Source of the DNA: Psammoneis japonica
Lineage: Eukaryota
Reading direction: 5' to 3'
Length of the DNA stretch: 64,000 bases
Assembly: GCA_008632985.1 (NCBI GenBank)
Contig: QPGO01000015.1
Location: forward strand, 559,998 to 623,997
Shown: in pieces, positions 1 to 12,891 of the stretch
Layout of the letters: each line of letters begins with the position of its first letter
Position numbering within the stretch: position 1 is the stretch's first letter
Made by a program: the position numbers and the translations under genes
Notes under the pieces: model-generated
What the model was told of the DNA's origin: nothing
Databases searched by the model: none
Seen by the model: the letters and a program-made list of their open reading frames with translations, nothing else

Positions 1-3000
1 TCCAAGTCTTTTTGTGCACTGGCCACATTGCAGCTCCATGCAAGATGCAACCTTGTGGAAGTCAGGCCAAACAGTCTTGTGCTGCAAGCTGCTTGCACTC
101 AAATTGCATCAAAAGCGAGTGTGACAACAGTGTCTTGCCTTTCTTCTTGCAAAACCAATTCTTGCCCATCTCCCAATCTTGTCTTTTTTCAGCTTTTTGT
201 GTGCCTTTGGTGCTCAATGACAAGCAAAAAAGAATGTCTTCTGCTGTGGAGTGGCTTGAACATGTTGTCGGTGGATTGCACTCCATTTCTTGGCAAGCTG
301 CAGGGATTGAAGACACAACCTGCATGAGCATGCAGTGATTGCTTCATGGACCCAAACCTTCAGCAGCCACCTGTTGACGTTGAAAGTGGCTGCAGTGCTG
401 GGGTGAAAGAAACAGGGAAACTCAAAGCCACTCCCCCCAAATGTTTTCAAGGAATGGCATTTGGTTGGGCCACAATTGTCAGAGAGAAATGAAAAAAATG
501 TGATGGTCATGTGCCCATTGATTTCTGTCATGTTGTTGCAGCATGTGTGGGCACTGTGGACCTTCTTGCAGCAAGCAGCAGTCTGCTTGTGACACCGAGC
601 CCCATGCCATGTGTAGAGTCTTGCTTTTGAGATGTGTGCTTTGTGTGCCAATGGCATTTGTCAGCTTCTGGTTGATTGCCAAGATGCACGCACTGCGCCA
701 AAATCTGGGGTCAACACAGAAGAAGGAGAACACCCTGAAGAGAGGTTGAATTGGTGGGTCCATGTCTTCTTCACATTTTTGTGCTTGGCACAGCATGAGG
801 AAAACTCTCACTTTTTACACTCTGTGCAGAATTGCAGGCAATGATTGACCCCTTTGCTTGTGACTTTTGTTCTGTTTTGTGGAAGTGCTCCTCCGCTGTC
901 CATGCCAACAATGCAAGGCAGCAACTGGCTCTGAACTTGTTGCCAACATCTCAGATGCAAGGATTGTTGTGATGTGAAAACAGAGCTCTGACAGCAATGC
1001 GGCACACAGAGATCTCAGACATGACACTTGGACAGATTGCACAAACAGAAATGAGACATTTGAATTGCTCTGTGGTGGAGGAGAAATCCTTCAGAGGCTT
1101 GTTCTTTTCCTTTCTCATGGCAATGATGGCGATCAGCTCAAAAAATAAAGAAAAGCATTTGAGTGTGTGTCACAAAGTTTCAACATCAGGAATTTTGAAA
1201 ACAATGCTGTGGTTGCAGTGCTGACAAAAAGAAGCAAGTTCAGTCATTGAGGTGAGCATGTTGCTTGCCAACAATGGAGCTGTGGAGTGTTCCATGCAAG
1301 TGGATCCAGAGTGAGTTGCCTCTCTTCATGGAGGGTGAGTTGCAGTTTGACACAGTGAGAAAAGCTTGGCTGTCCAACAAAGAGAGCAGCACATCAGGTG
1401 TGCTGCAAGCATGCAACCTTCAGGACAACCTTTTCTGCTTGCCGGTCATGTCATTGAGTTGACAAAGCTGTGGTGGTTGCATTTTGATGCAGCTCATGCT
1501 CTGGGGAATGCAGAGCAACTTGAGTGAAAGGTGCTCAGCAGAGCTTTTCAAGTTGTCAAAGCTTCCAATGGAGGCCACAGGCATTGATTGAGCTTTGAGG
1601 AAGATTTGCTCATTCAACATCCCACGGAGACATGGGCAATCTGATGGGTTCTCCATGTGCCAACACTTTGCAAGCAAAAGATGTCGAAGCTTGGAATGCC
1701 ATCATCTTTGGTGTGGTGACAGACCAAGCAATGAATCCTTGAGAGTCACAAATTGCAACACTGTCCAAGCAGTGTGGGACTCAATGTGGCTGGAACTTGA
1801 AAACAGCCAGCTGTCACCACACCTGGAGTGGCACTGCAAAGGCAAGTCAGGTTCACCACAACAGCTTTCTCTTCTTTTTGGAGATGGTCAGCCTTGTCAG
1901 CTCTAAGTGCTGAGCATTGAGTGCACAGATGCCACTTTGGACCCTCAATGATCTCTTGGTGACTTGAATGTTAGAATGTTGGAGCACTCATTTGGCTCAA
2001 AAATGGAGGGCTGAAGCTTTTTGTTGCTGGTGTTTTCTTCAGTTGTGTCTTTGCTGATGGAAGCTGCTTTGAGAGTGTCTTGAGATGTGGATGCTCACTT
2101 GAGTCCTGAAGCCCTGCTTTGACAAAGCACAGGAAAAGACCATTGCAGCATCAACAGCTTTGTGTCCTTGCAGCATCAAAAAAAAGGGGGCAAGTCAAGA
2201 GCCACAGAAAACAAGAGACACAAGTCATCGTCAAAATCAGCAGCTTGCGACATGGACAATTTTGCAAGTGTGGCTTCTTTGCTGTTGTTGCATTCCTCCA
2301 TTCACATCATCTGCTCAAAACAGAAATCAAATCTGAAAAAAGAGTTTGATTTCAAAGTGCAACTCAGCAAGATGGCCACAATCACAAATGAAAAAAAAAA
2401 CTGGTCTTCAAGTGGCGTGCTGGGATGCAGAGCATGTGGCTGATTGAAACAGGCCAGTGACCCAAAGACTTGTCAGGCCTGTTGGAATTTAGATGTGAGA
2501 TGCTCAAAGAGTCACTCAAGCAGTCAGAAGCACCTCACAACCTTGACAAAAAAGGCTGCTCTCTGTCATGCACACCTCCTTGGTCTGTGTGGGATGTCAA
2601 CAGGTGTTCAGAGCACACACCTCACAAAACACAGCAGACCTCACATGGCTTCAATGCTTGGACAACACAAGCACTCAAAAAGTGCATTGGTTGGCAACAA
2701 TCACTGTCCTGTTGGACCTGTGCAAGCATTTGATGCACACGCAAGCAAAAGGCGAGTTTGCTGGCTGTCGCACTGGCTCTCATGTGTTGCCCCCCCCCCC
2801 CCCTCACTGGAGCCACATGGTTGGTGGACTGCTTTCATCGTGCACATTTTACCTTTGACCAACTTCCAAACACACATGCAACCAAGTGCACAGAGGAAAA
2901 CCATCAAGGACCCAAGCCCTCAGGTTTGCATGGAAGTCATGTGCAGACAACTCTCAACAACTCAGCTCTGGCAGATCTGGCTTGCACAATGAGAGTGAGA

Positions 3001-3060
3001 GGATCGTCCCACCTTTTTGGCAGAAAATTGAAGCACCAGCCGTGGAAATCAAGAGAGTGA
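1..3060. mobile_element. Decayed repeat/transposon-like block, TpA- and CpG-depleted, family not identifiable
   Basis: Very few TA or CG dinucleotides. Overlapping ORFs in all frames are nearly Tyr-free and rich in Cys/His/Gln. Same signature as the recognisable retroelements at 47.6-56.3 kb. Confidence 0.6.
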
Positions 3061-3303
3061 TGTGTTTCAAAAGGTCAAATGGCAATTTTTGTGTGCTCGT
3101 GCAACAATGAGAAGAAGTGATTCGGAATTCTATTTTTTTGTGTTGTTCCTTGCATGTGCGTGCGAACCCCTGATGATGACGTCGGCGCGCGCGCTCCTCC
3201 ATTGTCGTTTCTCGTTTTTTTTTGTCCCTTTTGTCGTTAGGTGTGCCTTCGTCCTTCGTCCTTCGTGGGTTGTAAATAGGAGACAGTCAAGAGTTGTCCG
3301 ATA

Positions 3304-4037
3304 ATGTTTGAAATCTCTTGGGGAGAGTTGTTCGTGTTGTCAGCTGTTGGTGTTTCGCTGGTGGGAAGGAGGGATCTACCTAAAGCTTCCCGAGTCGTTG
3401 GAACTCAAGTCGGGCGAGTTGTAGGATTGTTGCAGGGGGCAAGAGCCCGTGCCGATAAATTTACAGCACAAAATGAGTTGCGTCAACTACAAAACGAACT
3501 GCGTGCGGGATTGCGAGAGTTGGATGCGGTAAAATCAGAAATTGCGGTAGCTGCAAGTGGGCCTGTAGGAATTGTGGGCAAGAATCTAGGGGCGACAGTC
3601 ATGTCCGCTAATCGTAAACCTCCGGGAGCACTGACCCCCGAGGTATCAATGTCCCATAATACTGATGGATTCTCTTTGGGAAGCTCCTCCATCGGGAAGA
3701 ATTTTGTCCACGGAACATCGACCAGCGGTGACTCACCACCCGCAAGTACCGTGGCTGTCCGAGAACTCGCTCCGCCAGCACAAGCCGTGGCTGCTGTAGC
3801 CGAAGAAGAATGGGAAAAGCAAGGTATCGGTTTTCATCCCGTGCAGAACGAGGCAATGGAATGGATAATGGAGTGAATGGCAGCACAATCTTAGCCAACC
3901 TACTGCAGCAGTCGCTCATTCATGACCAATACGATCGGGTAGTTCAGGAGCAAGACCAAGCTCTGCAGTCAAGAGTGCAAAGAATAAAGGAAAAAGAACG
4001 AGGATCCGCTGGGAGAAACGAAAAAGAAGACGAATGA
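3304..4037 (+). CDS. TatB-like twin-arginine translocase subunit (possibly mitochondrial); apparent 1-nt frameshift near 3835
   Basis: MFEISWGELFVLSAVGVSLVGRRDLPKASRVVG matches the TatB N-terminal TM helix, hinge and amphipathic helix. ORF 3304-3876 continues sensibly into the 3810-4037 frame (GIGF-x-SRAERG...QYDRVVQEQD) across a T-run. Confidence 0.7.
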
Positions 4038-4285
4038 TTTTGTCCAGCTCGTCGATTGCTCATCATTGTGCGTGCTTTTCACGCGGAAGAAGAGAATAGC
4101 AATACACAAGATCAAAGTGGATGATTTACAAAGCTTTCATTAACTGCACCGGCATTGTGGTTGAACGGGAAAGGACCCCTAAAGTAGTGTCTGTTGCACT
4201 GCACAGCAACAATGGTATCACAGAGATTGATTCAACCAAGATTCGGTGGACTTGCGGTTTGAGCGGTATGTTGGAACCCGTTGTT

Positions 4286-5076
4286 TCTAAAGTAGCGAAT
4301 TCGCAGTGATTCTAGAGTTTGTAGAAAGGCACACTCTAGCTGTAATTGATAATGCTAGCTAGAGAGACTCTCTTCTACGGTAGCAAGGTGCCAGTGCAGA
4401 AACGAGATAGACCCTCTAGCTAGAGCTAGTATTCCTACTACAAGTAAAAAACCGGTCTGTCCTCTACTTTTTGGTATCTTTGTAAAAGTCGATTTTGTTT
4501 CCAAAATCGATGGGTTTTTCACTTTACAATGCTTCTTACGTCTTCTAACATTGTCGATTGACATGTTCCCATGGCTAACTTCACCAGAATCACGGTTCTG
4601 AACGCCATAACTAGTGTCGCAAGAGGGGCCTTTTTTCACTCCAAGAGGACAGACCGGTCGTCAGTGGAGTTCTACGTGGAAATGTGCCGAGAAATTTACA
4701 GAGTTTTTTTTTGCTTGCTCGTGGCCATTGTCTCTTGAAACGGCAGCATGGCAAGTCCATGGCACACACTCATTTCGAACAACATGGGCCCACAAGCTCT
4801 CATTGATTGTTGTTTTGCTTTGTCACCAGCACTGCACATGCAGGTTTTTGTCACTGGTCATCATGACACGGTGCAACTTCTTCATGTCGTCGGTGGAGAA
4901 ATCAACAAAACGCGATACGATATTAAAAATATTAAAATANTCTAAAGTAGCGAATTCGCAGTGATTCTAGAGTTTGTAGAAAGGCACACTAGCTGTAATT
5001 GATAATGCTAGCTAGCTAGAGAGACTCTCTTCTACGGTAGCAAGGTGCCAGTGCAGAAACGAGATAGGCCCTCTAC
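4286..5076 (+). repeat. About 135-bp direct repeat (4286-4420 and 4941-5076) either side of a single N at 4940
   Basis: tctaaagtagcgaattcgcagtgattctagag...cgagatag occurs twice with small indels. The second copy starts immediately after the N, suggesting a scaffold-join overlap of haplotypes. Confidence 0.85.
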
Positions 5077-5427
5077 TACCGGTACCGTAGAGACAAGAGG
5101 TTACTTCGGGACAACTCCGGGTGGCGGTTGGACGGGCATTCCACAGAATCCAGAATCAATCTTGAGGGTTGTGAGATAAAGCGAGCAGATGATCCATCTA
5201 CAGTACCGGTAAAGATTCCATGATCTGGAGATCCATGAGCCATGAACCATGAGCACCGGCAACAAAACACTCAACACTCAACACGATCAGAAGCAGTAAA
5301 CCTTAGCAGAAAAAGGCAGAAGCAAATAGAAGGCCGACGCTCTAGGCTCTCAACCTACCAAAACCAACCTTATTGTTCGTGTTTCGCATTGGAGTGAGCT
5401 ACAGCTCCTTGTTGTAAATAGTAAACC

Positions 5428-8400
5428 ATGTCGAAGAGCGCGGCTCAGGCAGCCCTCGCGGCAAAAGTCGCTGCAATGTCGTACCCTGACTTGCTGGAAC
5501 GTAAAGAAGAAATCGGCACCCGTCTAGCTGTGATTGGATTGGACGATGTACGTGGTCCGAAACGAAAAAGCGCAAGTAAAAAACGTTCCAAGACGGAGGT
5601 TACCTCCACAACTCTCTCAAGCAATCAGGTTGTTCCTTTTGAAGGCAAGTCCGACACTCACTGGGACTTTCTCATGAAGGAAATGATGTGGCTGGCCGCA
5701 GACTTCCAGTCTGAGCGGAAACGACAAATGTCCATGGGGAAAAAGGTTGCCGGTGGCATGAAGCAGTTCCACAAGACGAAGGAATCGAGAAGGCTTCGCG
5801 AGCTGACAGAGGCGGAAGTGAAGAGACGACGATTGGCGGGGAAGATCGGTCGCGAGGTCAGGGGGTGGTGGACCAAGATTGAGAGGGTTATCGCATACAA
5901 GCAACGCATCGATGCCGACTTGGCTCGTCAAAAGGCTATGGATAAGCAGCTCGTGCATTTAGTCAAGCAAACGGAACGATACGGAGAGTCCCTCGCTTTT
6001 CATGATAGCGACAGCAGAAGCAGCAGTAGCGAAGAAGACTCGAACTTACAATCCCCAAGTCGCCGGAGGCGAAGGAGACACCGCTTGACAATCGAAGAAG
6101 CTCTTGCCGAAGCCAACAAACCCAAAAGACGAGCCAAAAACATCTTTACGGACTACACGCGTATCAACGAGAATTTGGTAGAAAGTGAGCTGTATGGAGA
6201 ATCGACGGCATCAGACACTGGTTCCGACAATACATTCATTGTTGATAGCGACGACGACTTTTCGGACGATGAAACAACTTTGCTAGAGGAGGAAGCGAGG
6301 GAAACAATGGAGAGAACATCATCGAACCGTAAACGGCGTGGAACTGCTAGTCGTAGCTCAGGCGAAGCTTTCATTGCGGATGTGGAGGAATTGCGCAAGC
6401 TGCAGGAAGAAGCGGAAATGGAGGTACATGAAGTCATTGAGAGGCTTATGCTAGAAGGAAAACAAGAAGATACATCGCAAGAGAGCAGCCACACAGCTGT
6501 CTCCACTGAAAAGAGCGTCACATTTGCTGCCAGTCTCGCTACTGACGGTACCAAGGAGCGAAAACCAACTCGATCTATGTATTCCCAGAGACGAGAAGCC
6601 GGGGACCCTGGAAATGATGCAGACGATGATGCAGATGCTAGCGATGTTGAAGACTTTATGATCGTTGACGAAGCGGAAGACGCATCCGATGGTTCTGGTG
6701 AGTTTGAAGCTGACCATGATCCCGTAGACGATGAAACGACAATCGAGGCAGAAGAAAAACTCGGACGAGATATGAGCGCGGATGAGGAAATAAGATTACT
6801 GCAACAGGAGAACGAAATGTCACTCGAGGATTTAAGGAGGCTTTACGGTGCCATCGAAGACAGGACGGAAGACGCAGAGACAGGTAGATCTCCTGACTCC
6901 GCCGCAGAAGAGGATTCGCCGAACGAATCAAATTCGGCTTATCTGGAGATGCTTGAAACCGATGATTACAAGGATGAATTTAAGCCGTCGCCCAACGAGG
7001 TTGACGATGAAACGACCCTCGAGGCAGAAGAACGGCTTGGACGTGACATCTCTTATGAAGAGGAGATGGCACTGCTTCAGACTGAAAGTGAAATACCAAT
7101 CGAGGAGCTCCGAAAGATGTACGAGCGTATTGAAGATGTGCAGGAATCTTCTGACGATCAATCTCTGCCTTTAAACGACTCTTCGGATCACGATTCAGCC
7201 AACAATGCTGTGGCTGCTATGTTCACTGGCACAGACCACGACGATGCTGTGGGAGAAGAATTTGAGCCCGATGAGAACGATGCAGTCGACGACGAAACTA
7301 CCATCGATGCCGAAGAAAGGCTTGGACGAGACATGTCCTACGAGGAGGAGTTAGCGGTGTTGCAAAGGGAAAACGAAATGTCAGTGGAAGAACTAAGAAG
7401 GATGTACCTGGGCGAGTTGGGCTCCAGCGATAGTCCACGGAGCGCCGCAAGGGACGACACGTCTCTGTCGGCGGCCGTGTCAATGTTCGAAGAAGATGAC
7501 AATCGTGTTGAAGACGAGTTCTGGCCTGATGATAAAGATATAGACGACGAAACGACTCTTTTGGAAGAAGAGAAGCTCGGTCGTGAAATGAGTCACGAGG
7601 ATGAGATTGCCCTCTTGAAACAGGACAGCGAAACTCCAATCGAAGAGCTTCGCAAATTGTATCCTAATGTGGAGAATGTTGGTGGTCAATCTATCCAGGA
7701 AGTTGGATCATCTGCAAAGAGAAAGTGGAGCGGGGATGCGGTTGACCTACCATCGAAGAAACAACGTTCCACTTCCAGCGGTACGTCGGAAGAACAGGAG
7801 CAGGACAACGGCGACGATGACGGGGATGCTGCTCTCCGTGCACTGAAGATATTAGAAGAAAAAGTGCGGCAGACAAAAGCAAGCAGGCCTTTCCTACTCT
7901 CAAACTGGGTAAAGCTTCGACAGTATCAGCAAACGGGGTTGAATTGGCTTGTATCGATACAGACTCGACGTCTGAACGGTATCCTTGCGGACGAAATGGG
8001 ATTAGGCAAGACCTGCCAAACAATATCGTTACTTTCCTACCTGGCTGCCTACAAGGGCATATGGGGTCCTCATCTTGTGATTGTGCCAACGTCGTGCATT
8101 GTCAATTGGGAGACGGAGTTCAAGCGTTTTTGCCCGGCATTGAAGGTTCTATGTTACTACGGATCAGCTAAGCGTCGAAAAGAGCTAAGGACTGGATGGA
8201 CAAAAGTAAGTACTTCTTTTTTTGTAGGTTTTCTTTATCGACAAGCCAAAAGCCAAATCAATTTTTTGTTATCTTTCGAAGGCCAACTGGCATCACGTGA
8301 TCGTGACATCCTACCAGCTCGTGGTACAAGACTCTTTCGCGTTCAAGAGAAAAAAGTGGTACTACATGGTAAGTTAATAGAGTTTAATTGGAATTGGTTT

Positions 8401-11400
8401 GTGATAGGGCAGGCTCAGGTGTTGACAGCCGTCGATTCTTGTTTGATGCGGGTGTTCGTCGATGTTCCGTGCTTTGTTCCAATTTCTTTCCTGTGGCGCC
8501 TTTTCCCCGCGATAGTTCTTGTTTCTTTGCTTCTTTGACACGACCTGACATGTCAACCGCGTTGCACAGATACTCGATGAAGCGCAAAATATAAAGAACT
8601 TTCAGAGCCAACGATGGCAAACGCTGATCAACTTCAACTCCCAGCGTCGACTGCTCCTTACAGGGACTCCACTGCAGGTATGTGCATGCTTAACTATTGC
8701 CGAAGTCGAAGCAAATGAGCCAAAAGAACTCACGAAGCGCACCTCTTCTTCCGAACGATTGTCGTACAGAACAATCTCATGGAGTTGTGGTCCCTCATGC
8801 ACTTTCTCATGCCCCATGTGTTTCGGTCCCGTAAGGAGTTCTCATACTGGTTTTCCAATCCTATGAACAACATTATAGAAGGAAACTCTAGTCGTAATGA
8901 CGAGCTCATTGGTCGTTTACATGGAATAATTCGACCATTCGTGCTTCGCCGGTTGAAGAAGGATGTCGAAAAGCAGATGCCAGGGAAATTTGAGCATATC
9001 GTCAAGTGCAAAATGTCTCGTCGGCAGGTGAGTGTTTAGTTGTGTTGCGTCTCCTCAAGTCAGATTCCTTCTCACAGGTACTACTGGCTTTTTTAGATGT
9101 TTCTCTATGAAGAGTTCATGGCTCGATCCTCAACTCGACAGTCACTACGAAAGGGGGCAAATTTCATGGGAATGATGAACGTGCTAATGCAATTACGCAA
9201 GGTCTGCAACCATCCAGATTTGCATGAACCGAGATCTGTAGTTACTCCATTCGTCACAGAAAGAATTTCGATTGACATCGCTTCGTGTGTCCTAGACATG
9301 GGATCTTCGTGTTCTGCCCTCGAAGGCGTGAGCAGCCAGTTGCTCAAGCCCTTGTGGTGCGGAGGTTGTGGACTTCCCAGCACTGAAACGTGTTACGGTC
9401 ACAATATCATTAGAGCCCAGCAAATTTGCTATCTGGAAATGCCGCCTAACACAATTCTTGAATCAGTGCTGGATTCCGACATAGACGAGCCTAGGGTGGA
9501 AGAAGAGTCGGATCCTTCTTTGTCACTACTTCTTGAAAGCGTGTGGAAGGAAGCAAGGAGTGGTAAAGAAGCGCATGCTTCTTCGGTTGCACGCATTAAC
9601 CAATGGCGCTGTCGCTCTCCAGCATTTGCATTCCCAGCTAGTCTCGTCGACTTGCTAACGCTTGCTGATCGCCCACTCGACCGCGAAGAGGCTGAGCAGC
9701 TTTCTGGGGTGAGAATAATTTCGACTCCTTCGCAGCTGTTGGCCATGCGTCGTTCTCAGCAGGAGAGGGCAAATGACATGTCAAATATCATCAAAAAGTT
9801 TGTCTTTTGCGTTCCCAAAGCCGGAGCGCACCGGCCGCGGCTTGGTTTACGCAACATGGATGTTCTGCAGGAATCAATGGAGTCGGACGTGTCACCAACG
9901 ATGTTGGAGCAGATTGAGCGTCTTTTCGATCCTTTTAGAAATGCACAAGCACGTCTTTCCTCCTTTTTTCCAGACAAGAAGCTCGTGCAATTCGACGCAG
10001 GGAAACTTCAGACGCTGGCAGGATTGTTGCGCGACCTTAAGCACGATGGTCATCGAGCACTGATATTTACACAGATGAGCAAAATGCTGGACATTCTTGA
10101 AGCGTTTCTCAATTTGAATGGACACACTTACTTGCGCCTTGACGGCGGTACGGGTGTGGATCGTCGCCAGCGACTCATGGATCAATTTAACAACGACACA
10201 CGTGTCTTTTGCTTCATACTGAGTACACGAAGTGGTGGGCTTGGCATCAACCTGACGGGTGCAGACACTGTTATTTTCTATGATAGGTACGACGGATTAT
10301 TGATAATCGCAGTGTCACATTGTCGCATCAAAACTAACTCAATGATTTATTCTATTGCGATGTAGTGACTGGAATCCGGCGATGGACGCGCAAGCCCAAG
10401 ACAGAGCTCATCGAATTGGTAATTGGCTTTTTATTTCATCGCCCCCACTGGTAGTTTTGTCGATCATGCTAAATTCTCTCTTCTCACATGTATGCCACTT
10501 CTACCACAGGTCAAACCCGTGACGTCCACATCTACAGACTAATTACAGAGCAGAGCATCGAGGAAAACATTCTCACCAAGGCACAACAGAAGCGAAATCT
10601 AGACATCATGGTCATGGACGAGGGTAAGTTCGACGCATCTCAGCTTCAAGCCGATGAAGGCGGGAGGAAAATGAATGGTGACGGAGAGACATCGCAGGAC
10701 TTGTTCTCTAAAGGTGGATTAAGAGACATCTTGGGTCTGCAAGCTGAAGGCACCGACGATGTCGACAACGACGAGGTTGTCGATGACGAGGGGAACAGGG
10801 AGACTAGCCAAGACATGAGCAAGGAACAAATGGAAAAAGCTATGGCATCTCTCGAGGATGAAGAGGATGTTTTGGCGATGCGCGGAGCGCAAAAGGAAGC
10901 TGCCGAGGAACTTCAAGAGTTCGACGAAACAATTGCGCTAAAAAAAGACACTGAGTCTGCAGGTGATAGCCAGGACGAAACGGGAGAAGACGAAACTGGA
11001 GAATCTAAATCAGAAGAAGAGCAAGATGAAAAAAAAGATTCGAAAACTTCCACTGAGGAAATGGAAAAAGAATTCGCTGCGTGGCAGAGCAAAGTTGGCA
11101 TGGATGCTTCGGCAATTGAGGCGTCCCTCACTCCGTCTGAGCGCTACGGGCTCAATTTTAGAGAGAACATTGACCCGTTTTGGTCTATCTTTGCCATCAA
11201 TGAGTATCGACGCAAAATGGAAGCAACTGAGGAGGAGGAAGAGATCGACCCGGACGACATTGAGCGGACGAAGGCTGAAGAGGAACGTCGTGCTATTGAT
11301 GACGGAGATCTTCTCGGAACTCGTCCTCGTCCTGAAGCACTGCCGCACCAAAGACATCTTTATATCAGAGAGAAGGCGCGGCTAAGATCAAATAAGAAAC

Positions 11401-12725
11401 GACGGAAACTCAATGGAGAAAACTGGAAGAGAAAGATCGACGGATTGACTAAGCTTCCTTTTTGGTATAACGACGATACCGGGGAAGCGCTGTGGGATAA
11501 ACCAAAGGTCTTGGTCGCCCTCGAGGCTGATGAATTGGCTCGCAAAAAGCTATGGTCCGCTTTGCCCATCAAGCCGTTGGTCCATGTCATGGAATTTTTG
11601 CTCCCGTTTCCCGAACGAACTAGTTGCTCTACAGTTTGCAAGAACTGGCGTTCCGCAGCTCAAGATATCTCTTTTGTGCGACACGTGTATCCTGTTGAAA
11701 TGAGTCCACTGGAATCTGACGACAGAAAACTGGAGCACAACCACTATCGTACAATCGCTGAAGCGCTGAGTATCGCGCTTCCCGGCGACACAATTGGTGT
11801 GTTCTACTGACGACTAACACCGTGAAATTGGTCCACGTATCGTTCGAACTAATATCTTCTTTTTTCTTCCTTTTGCAAGAACTCGGAGACGGCCACTACT
11901 GGGTCAATGAACCTGGGATCGCGGTGGACTTTCCACTGAAGATTGTCGGCGATGAGCACGATCCGTCGCATGTTGTTGTTGAGCTGAGTGGCTCGGTGAA
12001 GTGGAGTGGGAGCAAAGGCTTTGTTGAAGGTGTTACCTTCCGCCGACCACGTATATCGTCTGGGGAGAGCTCAGGTGTCGAAATTCTTCGAATCGAAGAG
12101 GGAAGCAAAGTCGATATGGTACACTGTGTGTTGGATAATGGAGGCACCGAGGCGCCCACGGCAATAGTCCAAGGCTTAGGGTCTAAAGGAGAATGGAAAG
12201 ATGTGAAATGTACTGGTAGCGGTGGTGGAGGCGGCTGCGTCGTAGTTACGTCCGAAGCGAGACTCGATCTTGTTGATGTGAGTCCTGCGGAGTCTATATC
12301 CTTGAGGTTCTTGTTTTTGTTGTCTTGTGCTAAATCGTACCTTCGAAATTTTATCTCAGTGTGTCATCGAAAAGAACATCAGCGCTGGATTAGTCTCCAA
12401 TTCAAAGTCGACGTTCAAAATGCAAGGGTGTGAAATCGGTCAAAACGGTGGTGCGGGAGTAGTGTTACGCGGAGGAAGCAGTGGAGCACTAGCCAGATGC
12501 CAATTCATGCACAATGCGGGTGGAGTCATTGAGAAGGAGGATGGCTGTAGTTGCTCCCCCTGTAGTGGAAACACTTGCATTCTTTCCAGCAGTTGCAAAC
12601 AGAGGCCACTTCCGGGTTTTAGATGTATTGACCGCGCAATCGAGGCGAAGGACGACACGAACGGCACAAGCGAAGCGTCGGCGATGGAAACAGAGTTTCT
12701 CCCCGAGCTCATTTCCTCTACGTGA
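5428..12725 (+). CDS. SWR1: SWR1/SRCAP/PIE1-type chromatin-remodelling ATPase with C-terminal WW, F-box-like and beta-helix extension; about 9 exons
   Basis: HSA-like region ([21 protein letters not shown]), Walker A ([14 protein letters not shown]), [11 protein letters not shown], split ATPase with long insert, FDAGKLQTL and [24 protein letters not shown] introns at about 8206-8281, 8369-8569, 8678-8769, 9028-9096, 10287-10365, 10419-10509, 11797-11879 and 12278-12359 restore the frame. Confidence 0.93.
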
Positions 12726-12891
12726 ATATGATGGCTAGAGATGGGAAATGATAACAGAGACTAGTAGAATAAATGAAACCGCACGAATTCCGCTTCCTGA
12801 TATCCGCATTGGCTATGAGGAACGGGCCACCCGACCAAGATAGTGATCGCAGGAATAGGATAGTCAAAAAAAAAATTTCGAGGTCCGGCGT

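Noticed and set aside
4286..5076. Direct repeat as an LTR or target-site duplication
   Set aside because: The second copy begins exactly at the N, so an assembly overlap is the simpler explanation.
8206..8538. Hydrophobic C-terminus of the 1036-aa ORF as a membrane anchor
   Set aside because: It is read-through into introns; splicing restores the SNF2 motifs.
5428..12725. SWR1 (or RAD5 at the far end) as the cause of the hypermutation
   Set aside because: Both are ordinary conserved nuclear genes, and proximity in a eukaryotic genome is not evidence. No deaminase or methyltransferase gene was seen in the window.
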